This document shows positions 24,252-31,925 of a stretch of DNA of 45,601 nucleotides, piece after piece (position 1 is the first letter of the stretch; each line of letters starts with the position of its first letter). A program made the position numbers and the translations under genes. The notes under the pieces are model-generated. The model saw only the letters and a list, made by a program, of their open reading frames with translations, was not told the DNA's origin and ran no database searches. This stretch comes from an uncultured Candidatus Saccharibacteria bacterium (GTDB lineage Bacteria > Patescibacteriota > Minisyncoccia > Minisyncoccales > Staskawiczbacteraceae): assembly GCA_964567205.1 (NCBI GenBank), contig CAZMKW010000002.1, positions 1 to 45,601 of the forward strand. The letters run 5' to 3'.

Positions 24252-24992
24252 TTATTTAATATTATCTGTTATTTGTTTTAAATCTACTCCAGTCTTCATT
24301 AAACTCGAGGCCGTCTCGAAGATGCCCGCGGTAATTTTGTTTTTAAAATTTTCAGTATAAATTACTAATCCCGACAAAAGACACGTAGAGGGTTCTTTTT
24401 TAATGGAGTTTTCATTTATACCTTTTATCAAGGAAAATATAATCTCTGTTAAGGAGTTTTCTCCTAATAGGTTAATTTTACCAAATTTTTGGTTGTCTTG
24501 CATATTGCCCGCACTGAGCGGAGCCGAAGTGTCGATATTCACAACCGGCGAATCAAGTAAAAAACCGAAAGAATTTAATTTTTCTGACAGCTCTTTTTGA
24601 TAATCTTTTATACCCACGGTTATAATAAGGTCCGGTTTAGCTTCTGCAAAATAAAATGAGATATTGTCTTTCTTTATATTTCCCCCTGCCAACGTCAAAT
24701 GTATTTTTAGTGCTTCAGTGTTTTTTTCGTAGTAAATTTGCGATATTTGGGCAACACTATTTGGAATAGAAACAACAAAGTTTTTAGGATAAGAAATAAA
24801 ATCTAGAGATGGAGACAAAAATTTCAGATTTTCAGGTAAATTTTCTAAAATTAGGTTTACATTTTTGCCTAATTCTTTTAAAGTATAAAAAAGAGCCAAT
24901 ATAGAAGCTATAGCCTCCGGCTCTTGTGAAGGTATGAGATAAACATTTTTTGATTCAGCGATAATATTTTTAAATTCTGAAATGTTTTCCAT
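24252..24992 (-). CDS. NrnA/DHH-like protein with degenerate catalytic motifs
   Basis: 246 aa. The N-terminus aligns by eye to DHH phosphoesterases ('IIAESKNVYLIPSQEPEAIASILALFYTLKELGKNVNLI'). However, the H..PDGDA position reads 'PSQEPEA' and no DHH triplet is present. It ends 2 nt before the pilB start. Confidence 0.4.
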   Translation of the reverse strand: MENISEFKNIIAESKNVYLIPSQEPEAIASILALFYTLKELGKNVNLILENLPENLKFLSPSLDFISYPKNFVVSIPNSVAQISQIYYEKNTEALKIHLTLAGGNIKKDNISFYFAEAKPDLIITVGIKDYQKELSEKLNSFGFLLDSPVVNIDTSAPLSAGNMQDNQKFGKINLLGENSLTEIIFSLIKGINENSIKKEPSTCLLSGLVIYTENFKNKITAGIFETASSLMKTGVDLKQITDNIK

Positions 24993-25021
24993 TAAAATAC
25001 CCTATTCGATTTTAAAAAATA

Positions 25022-25522
25022 ATGCAAGTGGAAAAGATATACACAACTAAAAGCTATAAAGAAACTCAAAAACTTGGCCAAAATTTTGCTCGGGAAATTT
25101 TAGCCCTGAGCCTGCCGAAGGGCGAAAATGACTCTGCGGCGGTTTTGGCTTTATGTGGAAATTTGGGTGGAGGTAAAACAACTTTTTTACAGGGCTTCGC
25201 GAAGGGTTTAGGAATTAAAGAAAAAATTTTAAGCCCCACTTTTGTAATAATAAAAAAGTTTAAAGTCTCAAACCGTCCTGTCGTGAAAAGTACGCTATCG
25301 CGCACTTTTCACGACAGGTACTTCTACCATTTTGATTGTTATCGCATAAATAATCCGGAGGAAATTTTAGATCTAGGTTTTGAGAAGATAATTTCTAACC
25401 CAAAAAATATCGTAGCAATTGAATGGCCGGAAAAAATAAAAAAAGTTTTGCCAAAAAATATTATCAAAATAGATTTTAAATTTATCAACGAAACTAAACG
25501 AGAAATATTTTTTAAAATATGA
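25022..25522 (+). CDS. tsaE: tRNA t6A37 biosynthesis ATPase TsaE
   Basis: 166 aa. Has P-loop 'GNLGGGKTTFLQGFAKGLGI', 'SPTF' and 'YHFDCYRI'. Confidence 0.85.
   Translation: MQVEKIYTTKSYKETQKLGQNFAREILALSLPKGENDSAAVLALCGNLGGGKTTFLQGFAKGLGIKEKILSPTFVIIKKFKVSNRPVVKSTLSRTFHDRYFYHFDCYRINNPEEILDLGFEKIISNPKNIVAIEWPEKIKKVLPKNIIKIDFKFINETKREIFFKI
25277..25318 (+). repeat. 42-nt perfect palindrome inserted in frame in tsaE
   Basis: cctgtcgtgaaaagt (25277-25291) and acttttcacgacagg (25304-25318) are exact reverse complements around a 12-nt loop. 42 nt equals 14 codons ('PVVKSTLSRTFHDR'), lying in the short loop between the SPTF and YHFD motifs. Confidence 0.85.
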
Positions 25523-25533
25523 TAAGATAAGGA

Positions 25534-26409
25534 ATGGAAAAGCGGTTAATTATTATTGATTCGAATGCGCTGTTGCACAGGTCTTTTCATGCGCTTCCGC
25601 CATTGATGACAAGATCCGGGCAGGAAACGGGAGCCGTTTATGGATATTTGCTGACGCTTTTTAAGGCTATAAATGATTTAAAACCCGATTATATTGTTGC
25701 CTGTTTCGATACAAAAATGCCAACCTTCAGGCACGAAATGTTTAAAGATTATAAGGCTCAAAGGCCAGTTACGCCATCGGGAATTATTACTCAAATACCA
25801 GTTACTAAGGAAGTTTTAGAAGCTTTTAAAATTCCAGTTTTTGCAAAAGAAGGCGTTGAAGCAGACGACTTGATTGCAACAATTTGTGCCAAAAATCCCG
25901 ATTTGGGAATATATATTATATCCGGGGATTTAGATAATTTACAGCTGGTTAATAATAGAATAAAAGTTTATACTTTAGGAAAGGGTATAAAAGATACTGT
26001 AATTTATGATATAAATAAGGTAGTAGAGAGATTTGGAGTTGAGCCCGCGCAAATGGTGGATTTTAAAGCTTTAACCGGAGATCCATCTGACAATATTCCC
26101 GGTGTTGAGGGTATTGGTAAAAAAACAGCAGCGGAAATAATACAAAGATACGATAATATAAAAAATCTTTACGAAGAACTTGCCACAGATACGGCAGTTT
26201 TAAAACCAAAAGTAAAAGAAGCGCTGAAAAAAAATAAAGAGTCGGCCCTAATGTCTCGCGACCTGGCGCAGATGAAAAAAGATGTTGATATAAATTTTTC
26301 CATTGAAGATTGTAAATTCGGTAGTTTTGATAAAAATAAAGCAGAAGAAATTTTTAAAAAATTAGAGTTTAATTCGTTAATTGCCCGTTTGCCGTCGCTT
26401 AAAAATTAA
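25534..26409 (+). CDS. 5'-3' exonuclease / flap endonuclease (Pol I N-terminal-domain homologue)
   Basis: 291 aa. Has 'LIIIDSNALLHRSFHA', 'EADDLIAT' and H3TH 'GDPSDNIPGVEGIGKKTA'. Confidence 0.9.
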   Translation: MEKRLIIIDSNALLHRSFHALPPLMTRSGQETGAVYGYLLTLFKAINDLKPDYIVACFDTKMPTFRHEMFKDYKAQRPVTPSGIITQIPVTKEVLEAFKIPVFAKEGVEADDLIATICAKNPDLGIYIISGDLDNLQLVNNRIKVYTLGKGIKDTVIYDINKVVERFGVEPAQMVDFKALTGDPSDNIPGVEGIGKKTAAEIIQRYDNIKNLYEELATDTAVLKPKVKEALKKNKESALMSRDLAQMKKDVDINFSIEDCKFGSFDKNKAEEIFKKLEFNSLIARLPSLKN

Positions 26410-26424
26410 AAAGTATTTTTTTAC

Positions 26425-27012
26425 ATGGCCAAACTTACGTCAAAAATTGCTGTCCCCATAATCCTAGTCGGTGTTTTTTCTATAGCTGTGTTTATAGCTG
26501 CGGGTTACGAGCGATTAAACTTCAGTTTTTATATTATTATTTCTCTTCTTGCCATTTATGTTTTTTTCTTTGGGTTGGCAGTCGGTCAAAACCTCGCATC
26601 CCCTATTAAAAAAATATTAAACAAGGCGACAGAATTAAGCGAGGGCAATTTATCAAGCAGGGTATATATAGAAACTAAAGATGAGCTTTCAGAATTAGCC
26701 AGGGTTTTTAATAAAATAGCAGAGGAGTTGGAGGTTAGTCGCGAGCAGGAATCGAATACGGAAAAATCTGTTGGTATAAAAGTGAAAGCTAAAACCAAAG
26801 AGCTAGAAGAAACCATAAATGCATTAGAGCAAAAAGTGAAAAACAGAACCATTGAGCTGGAAAGATTAGTTAAAGATTCAAGCAAATTACAGGAAGATGT
26901 TAAGGGTAAAAAAGACGAAACCATTCAGCTCAAAAAGGAATTAGATTCTTTTAAGCAAAAAGTTAGTAAATATAGCAGGTCAAAAACAAAAACTACAGAA
27001 AACAACGAATAA
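26425..27012 (+). CDS. Membrane protein with HAMP domain and coiled coil (no output domain)
   Basis: 195 aa. Two TM helices, then HAMP-like 'LASPIKKILNKATELSEGNLSSRVYIETKDELSELARVFNKIAEEL', then a K/E coiled coil. Confidence 0.6.
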   Translation: MAKLTSKIAVPIILVGVFSIAVFIAAGYERLNFSFYIIISLLAIYVFFFGLAVGQNLASPIKKILNKATELSEGNLSSRVYIETKDELSELARVFNKIAEELEVSREQESNTEKSVGIKVKAKTKELEETINALEQKVKNRTIELERLVKDSSKLQEDVKGKKDETIQLKKELDSFKQKVSKYSRSKTKTTENNE

Positions 27013-27013
27013 A

Positions 27014-27895
27014 ATGCCCGAATTACCCGAAGTACAAACCACAGTTAATGGTCTAAAATTAAAGGTCCTAAAAAGGACCTTTAATGATGTCTGGTCTAAT
27101 TGGAATAAAATTATTAAAAAGCCAAAAGGTTTTAAACAGTTTAAAAAGGGAATAAAGAATAAAAAAATAATAAAAGTATGGAGAAGGGCAAAAAATATAA
27201 TTTTTGAATTGTCTGACGGACACTCTCTTTTAATCCATCAAAAAATGACAGGGCACCTATTAGTCGGCAAATGGCAATTCTTGGATGGGAAGTGGAAACC
27301 AGAAAAAGAAGGGCCGTTGAGCGATCCTTATAATAGATTTCTACATTTAGTATTTTTTTTCGATAACGGAGAGATGATGGCGCTTTCCGATGTAAGAAAA
27401 TTTGCTAAAGTTGAGTTATGGAAAACAAAAGAATTATTAAATTCAGAGGAATTTAATAATTTAGGGCCAGAGCCATTAGATAATGATTTTACTTTTATAA
27501 AATTCAAAGAAATTTTAAAAAATAAAAAAGGGAGAATAAAACAAGTTTTAATGAATCCCGAAATTATTGCCGGAATTGGGAACATTTATGCCTCCGAAAT
27601 TTTATGGCAGGCAAAAATACATCCGGAAGAAAGAGTTGAAAAATTGAAAACGCCAGAATTAAAATTACTTTATAAATATATAAAAAAAGTTCTAATATTA
27701 GGAGTTAAATTGGGAGGGGAGAGTTTTTCTGACTACAGGAAACCCGACGGAACTAAGGGAAATTTTGATATAGAAAGAAAAGCATATGGGCGTGAGGGGC
27801 AAAAATGTAGCCGGTGTAAAACAAAAATAGAGAGAATAAAAGTGGGCCAGCGATCAGCCTTTTTTTGTCCGTACTGCCAACAGTTAAAAAAATAG
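27014..27895 (+). CDS. mutM: Formamidopyrimidine-DNA glycosylase
   Basis: 293 aa. N-terminal 'MPELPEV' and a C-terminal zinc finger 'CSRCKTKIERIKVGQRSAFFCPYCQ'. Confidence 0.9.
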   Translation: MPELPEVQTTVNGLKLKVLKRTFNDVWSNWNKIIKKPKGFKQFKKGIKNKKIIKVWRRAKNIIFELSDGHSLLIHQKMTGHLLVGKWQFLDGKWKPEKEGPLSDPYNRFLHLVFFFDNGEMMALSDVRKFAKVELWKTKELLNSEEFNNLGPEPLDNDFTFIKFKEILKNKKGRIKQVLMNPEIIAGIGNIYASEILWQAKIHPEERVEKLKTPELKLLYKYIKKVLILGVKLGGESFSDYRKPDGTKGNFDIERKAYGREGQKCSRCKTKIERIKVGQRSAFFCPYCQQLKK

Positions 27896-27985
27896 AACAA
27901 TCTTATTGACTGTTAAGCCAAAGGGCGTTAACTTTAAATTAAGGATTGAAGTTAGTGTTCTTTAATATAGAAAGCGAGGTGCAAT

Positions 27986-28483
27986 ATGCTGATTATAGCC
28001 GTTGTTAGTTTGTCCGTGATAGCAGGAGTTTTTGCTGGTATTTCGTTGTTTGTTTCTATTAGAAATCAGCAAAAAGAATTTCAGCGCTCCAAGAGAGTAA
28101 TGAAGGCTCTCCGGCGCCACACTCGTCGTCGCCTTATAGGGGCGCTGTCGCGCCACACTAAAGAGACTGAACAAGTAGTGGTTGAATTAATGAAAAAGGT
28201 GGCCGCAAAAGAAGCGGGGTTTATTTTTTCAGAGCGTGCCGAGGGTCTTGTGTCTGCTAAAGTTAGCGAGGCAATGACCAGACAGATGAAAATACTAAAG
28301 GGCTCTTTAGTAGAAGAACTGGAAAAAACCAAGCTTGTACAAAAAGTCAGGATGGACAGCATGGACGAAGCTGTAACCAAAACAGACAGCCTTCTTTCAA
28401 AGATCATGCAGGGATTGCATTTTCAGAGAAAGAAAAATGGGGCGGTCCCAATTTCCCAACCATCCACTCCCATCCGAGAATGA
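27986..28483 (+). CDS. Hypothetical N-terminally anchored coiled-coil protein in a high-GC patch
   Basis: 165-aa ORF with a clear GAGGTG Shine-Dalgarno 6 nt upstream, which is rare here. It has one N-terminal TM helix. A hand count of 28081-28180 gives 57% G+C. Confidence 0.55.
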   Translation: MLIIAVVSLSVIAGVFAGISLFVSIRNQQKEFQRSKRVMKALRRHTRRRLIGALSRHTKETEQVVVELMKKVAAKEAGFIFSERAEGLVSAKVSEAMTRQMKILKGSLVEELEKTKLVQKVRMDSMDEAVTKTDSLLSKIMQGLHFQRKKNGAVPISQPSTPIRE

Positions 28484-28490
28484 GCCGAAA

Positions 28491-28677
28491 GAAGGTCACC
28501 CTCCGCCTTCTTAGCCATGCAGGTAGGTCTCCCTCCACCTACAAGAGTGTCATGGCGTCGGCTTCCCCCAGGGCGCGAAGGATCATGGTCGTTTTTTCCC
28601 CGCGCCCGGGGGTTTAATTATCAAGCGTTCGTTTTTGAACGCAGATTGGGTCCAGCTACGGTTGGACCACTTTTTTT
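28491..28677 (+). ncRNA. GC-rich multi-hairpin region ending in a terminator (candidate structured RNA or 3' UTR element)
   Basis: Stems: gaagg/ccttc (28491-28510); gccatg/catggc (28514-28556) enclosing gtaggt/acctac (28523-28542). A 12-bp all-GC stem cccccAgggcgcg/cgcgcccggggg spans 28565-28612. Further stems are gcgttc/gaacgc (28625-28642) and ggtcca/tggacc followed by T7 (28649-28677). Confidence 0.35.
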
Positions 28678-28713
28678 AAATAAATTTTTAGTTTAGAGTT
28701 AATTATATAGTTT

Positions 28714-29661
28714 ATGATTTATTTTATTTACGGAGAGGATTCTTATAGGTCAAAAAAGAAACTGGAAGAAATAATCGAGGGTTATAAAAAGGTCCACAAG
28801 TCCGGGTTGAATTTAATTTATATTGACGCAAAAGAAAAACTTTTCGACGATTTTTATAGTGGGCTTAAAATCAATTCAATGTTTGCCGAGAAAAAATTAA
28901 TTGTTTTAACAAACGTTTTTGGAGATGCAAAGTTTCAGGAGGATTTCTTAGAAAATACAAAAAAAATAGAAGAAGTAAAAGATATTATTATTATTTATGA
29001 AGACTGTGTACCCGATAAAAGAACTAAGTTTTTTAAAGCCTTACAGAAAAGCGTAAAGTGCCAGGAGTTTAGTTATTTACAGCCGGCTCATCTTAAGAAG
29101 TGGGTTTTTGGAGAGTTTGAAAAACGACCCAACGGGTACCCCACAAAAATAGATTCTGCCGCCTTAGACTTATTGTGTAATTTTGTTAAGAATGATTTAT
29201 GGAAAATGGCAAATGAGATAAATAAATTAGCAAATTTTAAATTAGGTGGCGCCATAAAAAAAGAAGATGTTGAGTTATTGGTAAAACCAAATACAGAAAA
29301 TGATATTTTTAAAACAATAGAAGCTTTGGCTTCAAAGGATAAAAAAAGAGCGCTATCTTTATTGCACAAACATATTGATGACGGAGATAACGCCCTTTAT
29401 CTGCTTTCCATGATTTCTTATCAATTTAGAAATCTTTTAATAATAAAGGAACTACAGGATGCGCAAAACCCATATAGTGCCGTGATTAAAAAAAGTGGGC
29501 TTCACCCTTTTGTGGTCCAAAAAAGTTATTATTTATGTAATCGTTTTTCTATGTCTGAATTAAAAAAAATCTATCGGAAAATTTTTCAGATAGATTCGGA
29601 CATTAAAACAGGAAAGATTGAATCGGAAACGGCCCTAGATTTATTGCTCGCTGAAATATAA
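28714..29661 (+). CDS. holA: DNA polymerase III delta subunit
   Basis: 315 aa. 'MIYFIYGEDSYRSKKKLEEI...' and the overall length and pattern fit HolA. Confidence 0.8.
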   Translation: MIYFIYGEDSYRSKKKLEEIIEGYKKVHKSGLNLIYIDAKEKLFDDFYSGLKINSMFAEKKLIVLTNVFGDAKFQEDFLENTKKIEEVKDIIIIYEDCVPDKRTKFFKALQKSVKCQEFSYLQPAHLKKWVFGEFEKRPNGYPTKIDSAALDLLCNFVKNDLWKMANEINKLANFKLGGAIKKEDVELLVKPNTENDIFKTIEALASKDKKRALSLLHKHIDDGDNALYLLSMISYQFRNLLIIKELQDAQNPYSAVIKKSGLHPFVVQKSYYLCNRFSMSELKKIYRKIFQIDSDIKTGKIESETALDLLLAEI

Positions 29662-29692
29662 AAAAATTAGGCATTGTTGCCTAATTTTTTTT
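29660..29692. terminator. Bidirectional terminator shared by convergent holA and rpsT
   Basis: aaaaaaattaggca-ttgt-tgcctaatttttttt. Confidence 0.7.
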
Positions 29693-29944
29693 CTCTACTA
29701 ACCTTGTTAGTCTTGATTTGTGCCTTGAGGCATTATTTTTTTTAATAACCCCAACTTTTGCAGCTTTATCTAGCGCGCCGTAAATCTTCGGTAAAAGTTT
29801 TTTCGCTTCATCAGCTTTTTTTGTAGAAACTAAAACTAAGACTTCTTTTACGAGTTTTTTTATATTGTCTTTATAAACAGCGTTCTGTTTTTTTCTCCTT
29901 GCAGACTGCCGAATAGCTTTTTTAGCTGATTTTGTTATTGCCAT
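29681..29944 (-). CDS. rpsT: 30S ribosomal protein S20
   Basis: 87-aa basic protein 'MAITKSAKKAIRQSARRKKQN...'. Confidence 0.9.
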   Translation of the reverse strand: MAITKSAKKAIRQSARRKKQNAVYKDNIKKLVKEVLVLVSTKKADEAKKLLPKIYGALDKAAKVGVIKKNNASRHKSRLTRLVEKKN

Positions 29945-30116
29945 AATTTTTTATGATAATGAAATAGTATCATATAATGTCTCATCTTGCAATAGTCTAA
30001 CCCTGTGTTATATTGTAAGAATCAGTTTTTTACTGTTTCCGGACATTGATAAATATACGGTGTGTGCCGTATAAAAACACAAACAACCAAAGATTCACTC
30101 ATAGAAAGGGAATGTC

Positions 30117-31793
30117 ATGTATTCTAAAAAGGTGCTTTTGAGCAGTGTCTTTGGCCCCTACGGCCAAGATGATGAGTACGGGAGTCGTAAAATAAATCCC
30201 ATGGAACTTTACCATAACCAGGTTACCAGAACACAAGGTCCGTTTTCCTTGAGAATGTTCCATCGGAGCTGGGGACTGATGATGATACAGGCAAATATTG
30301 ATGTACCATGTGTGGTGCTAGATTTTCCCACACTCGGCCGTTTTGTAGAAGAGATTAAGACACATCAGTATGATGTTGTCGGCATCTCAGCGATTATTCC
30401 TAATATCTGCAAAGTTGAGCAAATGTGCAAACTGATTCGGCAATACCAGCCCAAAGCAGTGATTGTTGTTGGCGGACACGTTGCCAATGTACCAGATTTA
30501 AGCGAGAGAATCGACGCGGACCACATTGTCAGGGGAGAAGGGGTTCGCTGGTTCCGTGAATATCTTGGCGAAGATTTAAGTCAGCCCTACCGCCACCCAA
30601 TGATTATTTCTGGTTTTGGAACGCGGAGTGTTGGAATCAAACTAAAGGATAAGCCCGGAGACGTTGCAGCCACACTGATCCCATCAGTCGGCTGTCCTCT
30701 GGGTTGTAATTTTTGCTCTACCTCGGCCATGTTCGGTGGTAAAGGAAAGTGCATACACTTTTATTCCACTGGCGGTGAGTTGTTCGACGTTATGTGCCAG
30801 CTTGAGAAGAATATGTGTGTGCGGTCGTTCTTCATTATGGACGAAAACTTTTTATTCCACCGTAGCCGGGCATTAAGCTTGTTGGAGCTAATGAAAATCC
30901 ATAACAAATCGTGGAGCTTGTATATTTTTAGCTCGGCCAACATGATTCGCTCCTACACAATAGAGCAACTTGTAGAATTGGGTATTTCATGGATCTGGAT
31001 GGGTTTAGAGGGCGAAAATAGTCAGTATGGCAAACTTCGTGGTATTGACACGTTTGCATTAATTCAGGAGCTTCAGTCGCACGGCATTCGGGTGATGGGC
31101 TCTACAATTGTCGCCCTAGACGAGCATACGCCACAAAATATTAACGCGGCGATAGATTATGCCGTTCGGCATAATACGGATTTTCACCAATTTATGCTTT
31201 ATACCCCTTCCGCCGGCACACCGCTACATGCGGATCTTACCGCCCGCGGATTGATGAAGCATACGTCGGAATTTGATCCGGCTGATATCCATGGGCAGTT
31301 TATTTTGAATTACCGCCATCCGCACATTCCGGCCGGAGATGAGACGGAGATGCTTTTGAGGGCCTTTAACCGAGATTTTTCTGTTAATGGTCCCAGCACG
31401 GTTCGGATTGTTCGCACCACGTTGCTTGGTTATCGGCGGTATAAAAATCATCCCGATCCTCGCATCCGCAACCGATTTGAGTGGGAAGCTCGCGGATTAG
31501 CCACAATGTCCTCTGCGTTGGTTGGCGCTGCAAAACTTTATTACCGCGACGATCCTGTTATGTACGCTAAGATCTCGTCTTTGTTGGAAGAACTGCACGC
31601 AGAGTTTGGCTGGAGGTCGCGCTTATTTTCATTTATCGGAGGCCGTTGGTTATTGAAGAAGATCCAACGGGAAGAAGAGCGGTTGGCAGAAGGATTCAGC
31701 TACGAACCGCAAACATTTTGCGAACGAAACCAAAGAGTGAAAGACCGCCCCAAAATTCCTCTTTGCCGTTTTGTTGATCCTTTGGCGCTTTGA
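30117..31793 (+). CDS. B12-binding-domain radical SAM enzyme (class B rSAM, methylase-like)
   Basis: 558 aa. A Rossmann-like cobalamin-binding segment ('YDVVGISAI...AVIVVGGHV') is followed by the CX3CX2C motif 'CPLGCNFC'. A hand count of 30421-30520 gives 48% G+C, against about 29% in dnaN. Confidence 0.8.
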   Translation: MYSKKVLLSSVFGPYGQDDEYGSRKINPMELYHNQVTRTQGPFSLRMFHRSWGLMMIQANIDVPCVVLDFPTLGRFVEEIKTHQYDVVGISAIIPNICKVEQMCKLIRQYQPKAVIVVGGHVANVPDLSERIDADHIVRGEGVRWFREYLGEDLSQPYRHPMIISGFGTRSVGIKLKDKPGDVAATLIPSVGCPLGCNFCSTSAMFGGKGKCIHFYSTGGELFDVMCQLEKNMCVRSFFIMDENFLFHRSRALSLLELMKIHNKSWSLYIFSSANMIRSYTIEQLVELGISWIWMGLEGENSQYGKLRGIDTFALIQELQSHGIRVMGSTIVALDEHTPQNINAAIDYAVRHNTDFHQFMLYTPSAGTPLHADLTARGLMKHTSEFDPADIHGQFILNYRHPHIPAGDETEMLLRAFNRDFSVNGPSTVRIVRTTLLGYRRYKNHPDPRIRNRFEWEARGLATMSSALVGAAKLYYRDDPVMYAKISSLLEELHAEFGWRSRLFSFIGGRWLLKKIQREEERLAEGFSYEPQTFCERNQRVKDRPKIPLCRFVDPLAL

Positions 31794-31841
31794 TGCCACT
31801 GTGACGCCGTTAATCGGTACAAGTATTTCCTAAGTTCATGG

Positions 31842-31868
31842 GCCAGCCCGAAAAGCTGGCTTTTTTTT
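31842..31868 (+). terminator. Rho-independent terminator after the radical SAM gene
   Basis: gccagc-ccgaaaa-gctggc followed by T8. Confidence 0.8.
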
Positions 31869-31925
31869 GACTGCGTTTTTTATTAGTGGTAAAATTAAAT
31901 AAATTAATATTTATTTCTTAAAAAT

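Noticed and set aside
27946-27955. 10-mer ttgaagttag shared with positions 31-40, considered as possible direct repeats bounding a large inserted segment
   Set aside because: A single 10-nt AT-rich match in 45 kb is within chance expectation. The similarity does not extend, and core genes including the origin lie between the two sites.
28441-28700. Possible SRP RNA, tmRNA or RNase P RNA
   Set aside because: By eye I could not find the GGAA-capped helix 8 motif, a tmRNA tRNA-like end plus tag ORF, or the RNase P GAGGAAAGUCC-type motifs on either strand. It is kept only as an unclassified structured region.
31795-31801. gccactg, identical to the core of the cobalamin-riboswitch B12 box, next to the B12-dependent radical SAM gene
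   Set aside because: It lies just downstream of the gene's stop codon (31791-31793), not in a 5' leader. None of the surrounding ~200-nt riboswitch architecture is visible, so it is probably coincidence.
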